Sequence record: OZ035818.1
Reading direction: 5' to 3' (one strand)
DNA length: 39,754 nucleotides
Source: Kayfunavirus BDX03P1
The position numbers and the translations under genes are program-made. The stretch's first letter is position 1, and each line of letters opens with the position of its first letter. The notes beneath the pieces were generated by a model, which did no database searches, was not told the origin of the DNA, and saw only the letters and a list, made by a program, of their open reading frames with translations. Positions 36,968 through 39,754 of this stretch are shown piece after piece.

Positions 36968-39550
36968 ATGGCTAAGATTACGATTAATAACTACCCGTCA
37001 GGCCCCACTCAGTTCAAGATAGCGTTTGACTACTTGTCCCGAACCTTTGTGGTCGTAACCCTAGTCCGTACCAGCAATCAGGCCCTAAACAAGGTCCTGA
37101 CTCCAAATAAAGACTATCGGTTCCTGAACTCAACGACCATAGAGATATTGGTGTCCCAGACTGGATTTGACGTTGTTCAGATCCGCAGACAGACAGCAAC
37201 AGACTTAGTGGTTGCTTTTCGTGACGGCTCGGTCCTGACAGCAAGCGACCTGACTAACGCAGAGCTTCAGGCAGTCCACATCGCTGAAGAAGGTCGCGAC
37301 CAGACAGCAGACCTTGCTAAGGAATATGCTGACTCAGCCCTGACGTCTGCTAACCGAGCCAAGGCTTCTGAGAATGAGGCCGCACGTCTCGCTGAGAAGA
37401 TTCGAAACATGGGCGTAGGCGGTTACGTAACGGTTCGCCCTCCAATCGGTTCCTTCACCTTGGGCTACACAATCCAAGAGTGGAACGAGGTTCTCTGGAA
37501 CGATGATGACCTAAGTTATTACCGATGGGACGGGGCTGTTCCTAAGGTCGTTGCTCCTGGTTCGACTCCAGCAACCGCTGGTGGGGTCGGCGCTGGTAAG
37601 TGGGTTAATGTTGCCGACGCTAGTCTCCGTAGTGACCTCGGTCAGACCTCTGGTGCTGGGCGAATTGGAACAGCCACTGGTCAGACCCTAGCTGAGTCAC
37701 TTCACGCAGAAGACTCTCCGATGTCCTTCGGTACGGCTACAGCTAAGGCTAAGGCCAGATTAGCGACTCATGGTTGTCGTGTCCTTCTGGTTGGGGACTC
37801 ACTGAGTAGCTTCTACAACATAGACACCGCAAACGTAACGTCCCTCTTTGAGTCGTACCTCCGACGTAAGGTACACGAGACCAACCCGTCTGCCGAGTTT
37901 ATCAACAGGGCCATAGGCGGGATGCGATATTATGACTTAGGCCGTGATGAGCCGCCTGCACGCCTTGGCGATGGATACCCGTGGTTCACTGATAGATCAC
38001 GTCGCTGGATGTCTTATATCGAAGAGGCCAAGCCTGATGTAATCTTCATCGCGTTCGGCATGAACGATGGTCCGGGATGGGACGTAGGTAACTTCCAGCA
38101 GCCAGTGTTCTACAAGATGGTCGAAGAACTTCGGTCTATCTCTAGTGAACCTGAGCTGGTGTTCTGCACGAACATCTTACCGTCTACCGTTAACCCGGCT
38201 ACTGCCACAGAGGAACAACAGTCTGGACGCGACGCTATTGCTGGATGGACCCGTTCGTATGCTAAGTTTGCTGGGTATAGCTTCATAGACATCCATCGCC
38301 ACTTTAAGTCTCTGCGTGATGGGGTAGACCCCTGCGTATTTAGCTTCCGTCGCTCCACAATATCGACTCTGGTAGACCTCCCGTATACCTATACGTCGAA
38401 AGTGCCGTGCTACTCGGTACGACTCACTGTAGTGGACCCTGCTGTCCTTGTTACTGGCATCCAGATGTACCTATCGTCTTTAACGAACAACTTCGTCACC
38501 CTTTCATATGAAAGCGCATTAGGGAAGTGGCGTTTACAGCACTACACTGGGACATCTCTGGGGATGACGCTTAACGTGTTAGGAGATGGACCAGCGCCAG
38601 TGGTCGACCAAGAGATTCATATGTCCCTTAATGGTGATGTACTGACGGTGTTCATTGGGAAGAACACAAAGCCTATATTTTCTGGAAACATTATCCGTTT
38701 CGGCGGTAAGTTCACTCCGAGGATTGGAGGCACAGGCCAGATTAGGGTGGACATCATGGCTGGATTAGAGGTTCCGGTAGCTGCGTCTCTCACGGATTCC
38801 GACATCTACAGTACGAGTATAGACGGCGGTAACGGTCTTAATCACCCTACTGCTAAGGCCAGCTCCAGAATCTATCCACCGCCATTGGACTACTGGTTCA
38901 ACTCAGCAGGTCCAGAGCCCCTCAAGTTCGACATCGAGGCCGACTTCAGGTCTGGCACACTTGCGGTGTCCAACAAGTTTAGTCCAAAATCTGGAGGCGT
39001 ATACAACCTGTTCACCAAGCTGACCTTCATCAACGGTGCAGTAGAATATGTGCGGGACTCTGAGAACGTGGTTATAGGGGCGCGCTTCGGGTCAAACAAC
39101 CGGGCGTATATCGACATGGCAGACTACATGGAACCGGGGCTGTCCTTCAAGCGTCTGACTGTAGAGATTGAGATGTATGCACCGTCTGGAGCTGCGCACG
39201 TCTTATCCCTCGGTGAGGCCACTACAGGGGACCGCTCTATGTATCAGGTGACGGAAGGTCTACAGCTTCGAGCCACTACTTCCAGCTCAGGTCAAGCAAC
39301 GGACTTAACGTCCTCAGCGTCTTTCCATATGACTGCTGGTCGAGACTACACGTTAATCCATGATGTGGACTTAAAGGCCAAGGTTGCAGCTCTCCGTACT
39401 GTGGATGGCTTCAAGATTGGGAACACCAACACCCACGCGATTACCAGCCTATTATCTGAGCTCCTGTCTAAGATTAAGTTCGGGTATTCATCTCCTAGTA
39501 CATTTGGGGGAGATGTGGTGATTAAGCGTGTGCGGATTGCGCTTAGGTAA
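36968..39550 (+). CDS. tail fibre / tailspike with T7 gp17-like N-terminal anchor and SGNH-hydrolase (esterase) domain
   Basis: 860 aa; N-terminal ~150 aa resembles T7 gp17 (FDYLSRTFVVVTL, DYRF, RDGSVLTASDL, HIAEEGRD); central GDSL block LLVGDSLSS, conserved Gly AIGGMRYY, GxND block IFIAFGMNDG, DIHRH near end of domain. Confidence 0.9.
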   Translation: MAKITINNYPSGPTQFKIAFDYLSRTFVVVTLVRTSNQALNKVLTPNKDYRFLNSTTIEILVSQTGFDVVQIRRQTATDLVVAFRDGSVLTASDLTNAELQAVHIAEEGRDQTADLAKEYADSALTSANRAKASENEAARLAEKIRNMGVGGYVTVRPPIGSFTLGYTIQEWNEVLWNDDDLSYYRWDGAVPKVVAPGSTPATAGGVGAGKWVNVADASLRSDLGQTSGAGRIGTATGQTLAESLHAEDSPMSFGTATAKAKARLATHGCRVLLVGDSLSSFYNIDTANVTSLFESYLRRKVHETNPSAEFINRAIGGMRYYDLGRDEPPARLGDGYPWFTDRSRRWMSYIEEAKPDVIFIAFGMNDGPGWDVGNFQQPVFYKMVEELRSISSEPELVFCTNILPSTVNPATATEEQQSGRDAIAGWTRSYAKFAGYSFIDIHRHFKSLRDGVDPCVFSFRRSTISTLVDLPYTYTSKVPCYSVRLTVVDPAVLVTGIQMYLSSLTNNFVTLSYESALGKWRLQHYTGTSLGMTLNVLGDGPAPVVDQEIHMSLNGDVLTVFIGKNTKPIFSGNIIRFGGKFTPRIGGTGQIRVDIMAGLEVPVAASLTDSDIYSTSIDGGNGLNHPTAKASSRIYPPPLDYWFNSAGPEPLKFDIEADFRSGTLAVSNKFSPKSGGVYNLFTKLTFINGAVEYVRDSENVVIGARFGSNNRAYIDMADYMEPGLSFKRLTVEIEMYAPSGAAHVLSLGEATTGDRSMYQVTEGLQLRATTSSSGQATDLTSSASFHMTAGRDYTLIHDVDLKAKVAALRTVDGFKIGNTNTHAITSLLSELLSKIKFGYSSPSTFGGDVVIKRVRIALR

Positions 39551-39592
39551 TAACCTTGGGTCACGGACGACCCGCTTTAAACTGGAGGTTTT

Positions 39593-39754
39593 ATGATTGA
39601 GTTAGACTTCAAGAATGAAGTCCTTAAAGCCTCTCCTATCGTCGGGACCGCTGCGGCTGATGGTGCCAGTCGGTTCTTCTTCGGACTCACACTGAACGAA
39701 TGGTTCTACGTTGCAGCTATCGCGTACACCGTTGTCCAGATTGGTGTGCTAGTC
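39593..39754 (+). CDS. holin (T7 gp17.5-like), 3'-truncated by window end
   Basis: MIELDFKNEVLKASPIVGT...FFFGLTLNEWFYVAAIAYTVVQIG closely matches T7 gp17.5; ORF runs off the window. Confidence 0.8.
   Translation, partial: MIELDFKNEVLKASPIVGTAAADGASRFFFGLTLNEWFYVAAIAYTVVQIGVLV

Overview
This window is essentially a complete T7-like podovirus genome (Autographiviridae, T7 supergroup), about 39.7 kb, presented as a circular permutation. It starts at the end of the holin gene / start of gene 18 and ends inside the holin gene (gp17.5). Every credible gene is on the + strand; the minus-strand ORFs in the six-frame track are antisense artefacts. Order in the window: terminase small subunit, Rz/Rz1 spanins, an HNH endonuclease, terminase large subunit, gp19.5-like ORF, then the concatemer junction (short-repeat arrays, a terminal repeat beginning with the T7-like end motif TCTCACAGT, three sigma70 early promoters). 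After that come the early genes (a novel 84-aa ORF, Ocr, several small ORFs, no gp0.7-type kinase), the single-subunit RNA polymerase, the class II DNA-metabolism genes, and the class III structural genes (portal to tail fibre). Twelve copies of a phage-RNAP promoter (consensus about TAAACTATCACTATAGGRA) and T7-TE/Tphi-like terminators are visible. I found no single obvious multi-gene novel system. The most interesting candidates are accessory insertions relative to the T7 backbone: the ORF upstream of ocr, an ORF between endonuclease I and lysozyme, an ASCH/DUF3850-like ORF between the tail tubular genes, a tail fibre carrying an SGNH esterase domain, a gp16 with a non-SLT N-terminus, and three HNH endonucleases. 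All similarity statements rest on reading the translations against T7 proteins from memory; no database search was run. Coordinates I derived by hand (small ORFs, promoters, repeats) may be off by 1-2 bp.
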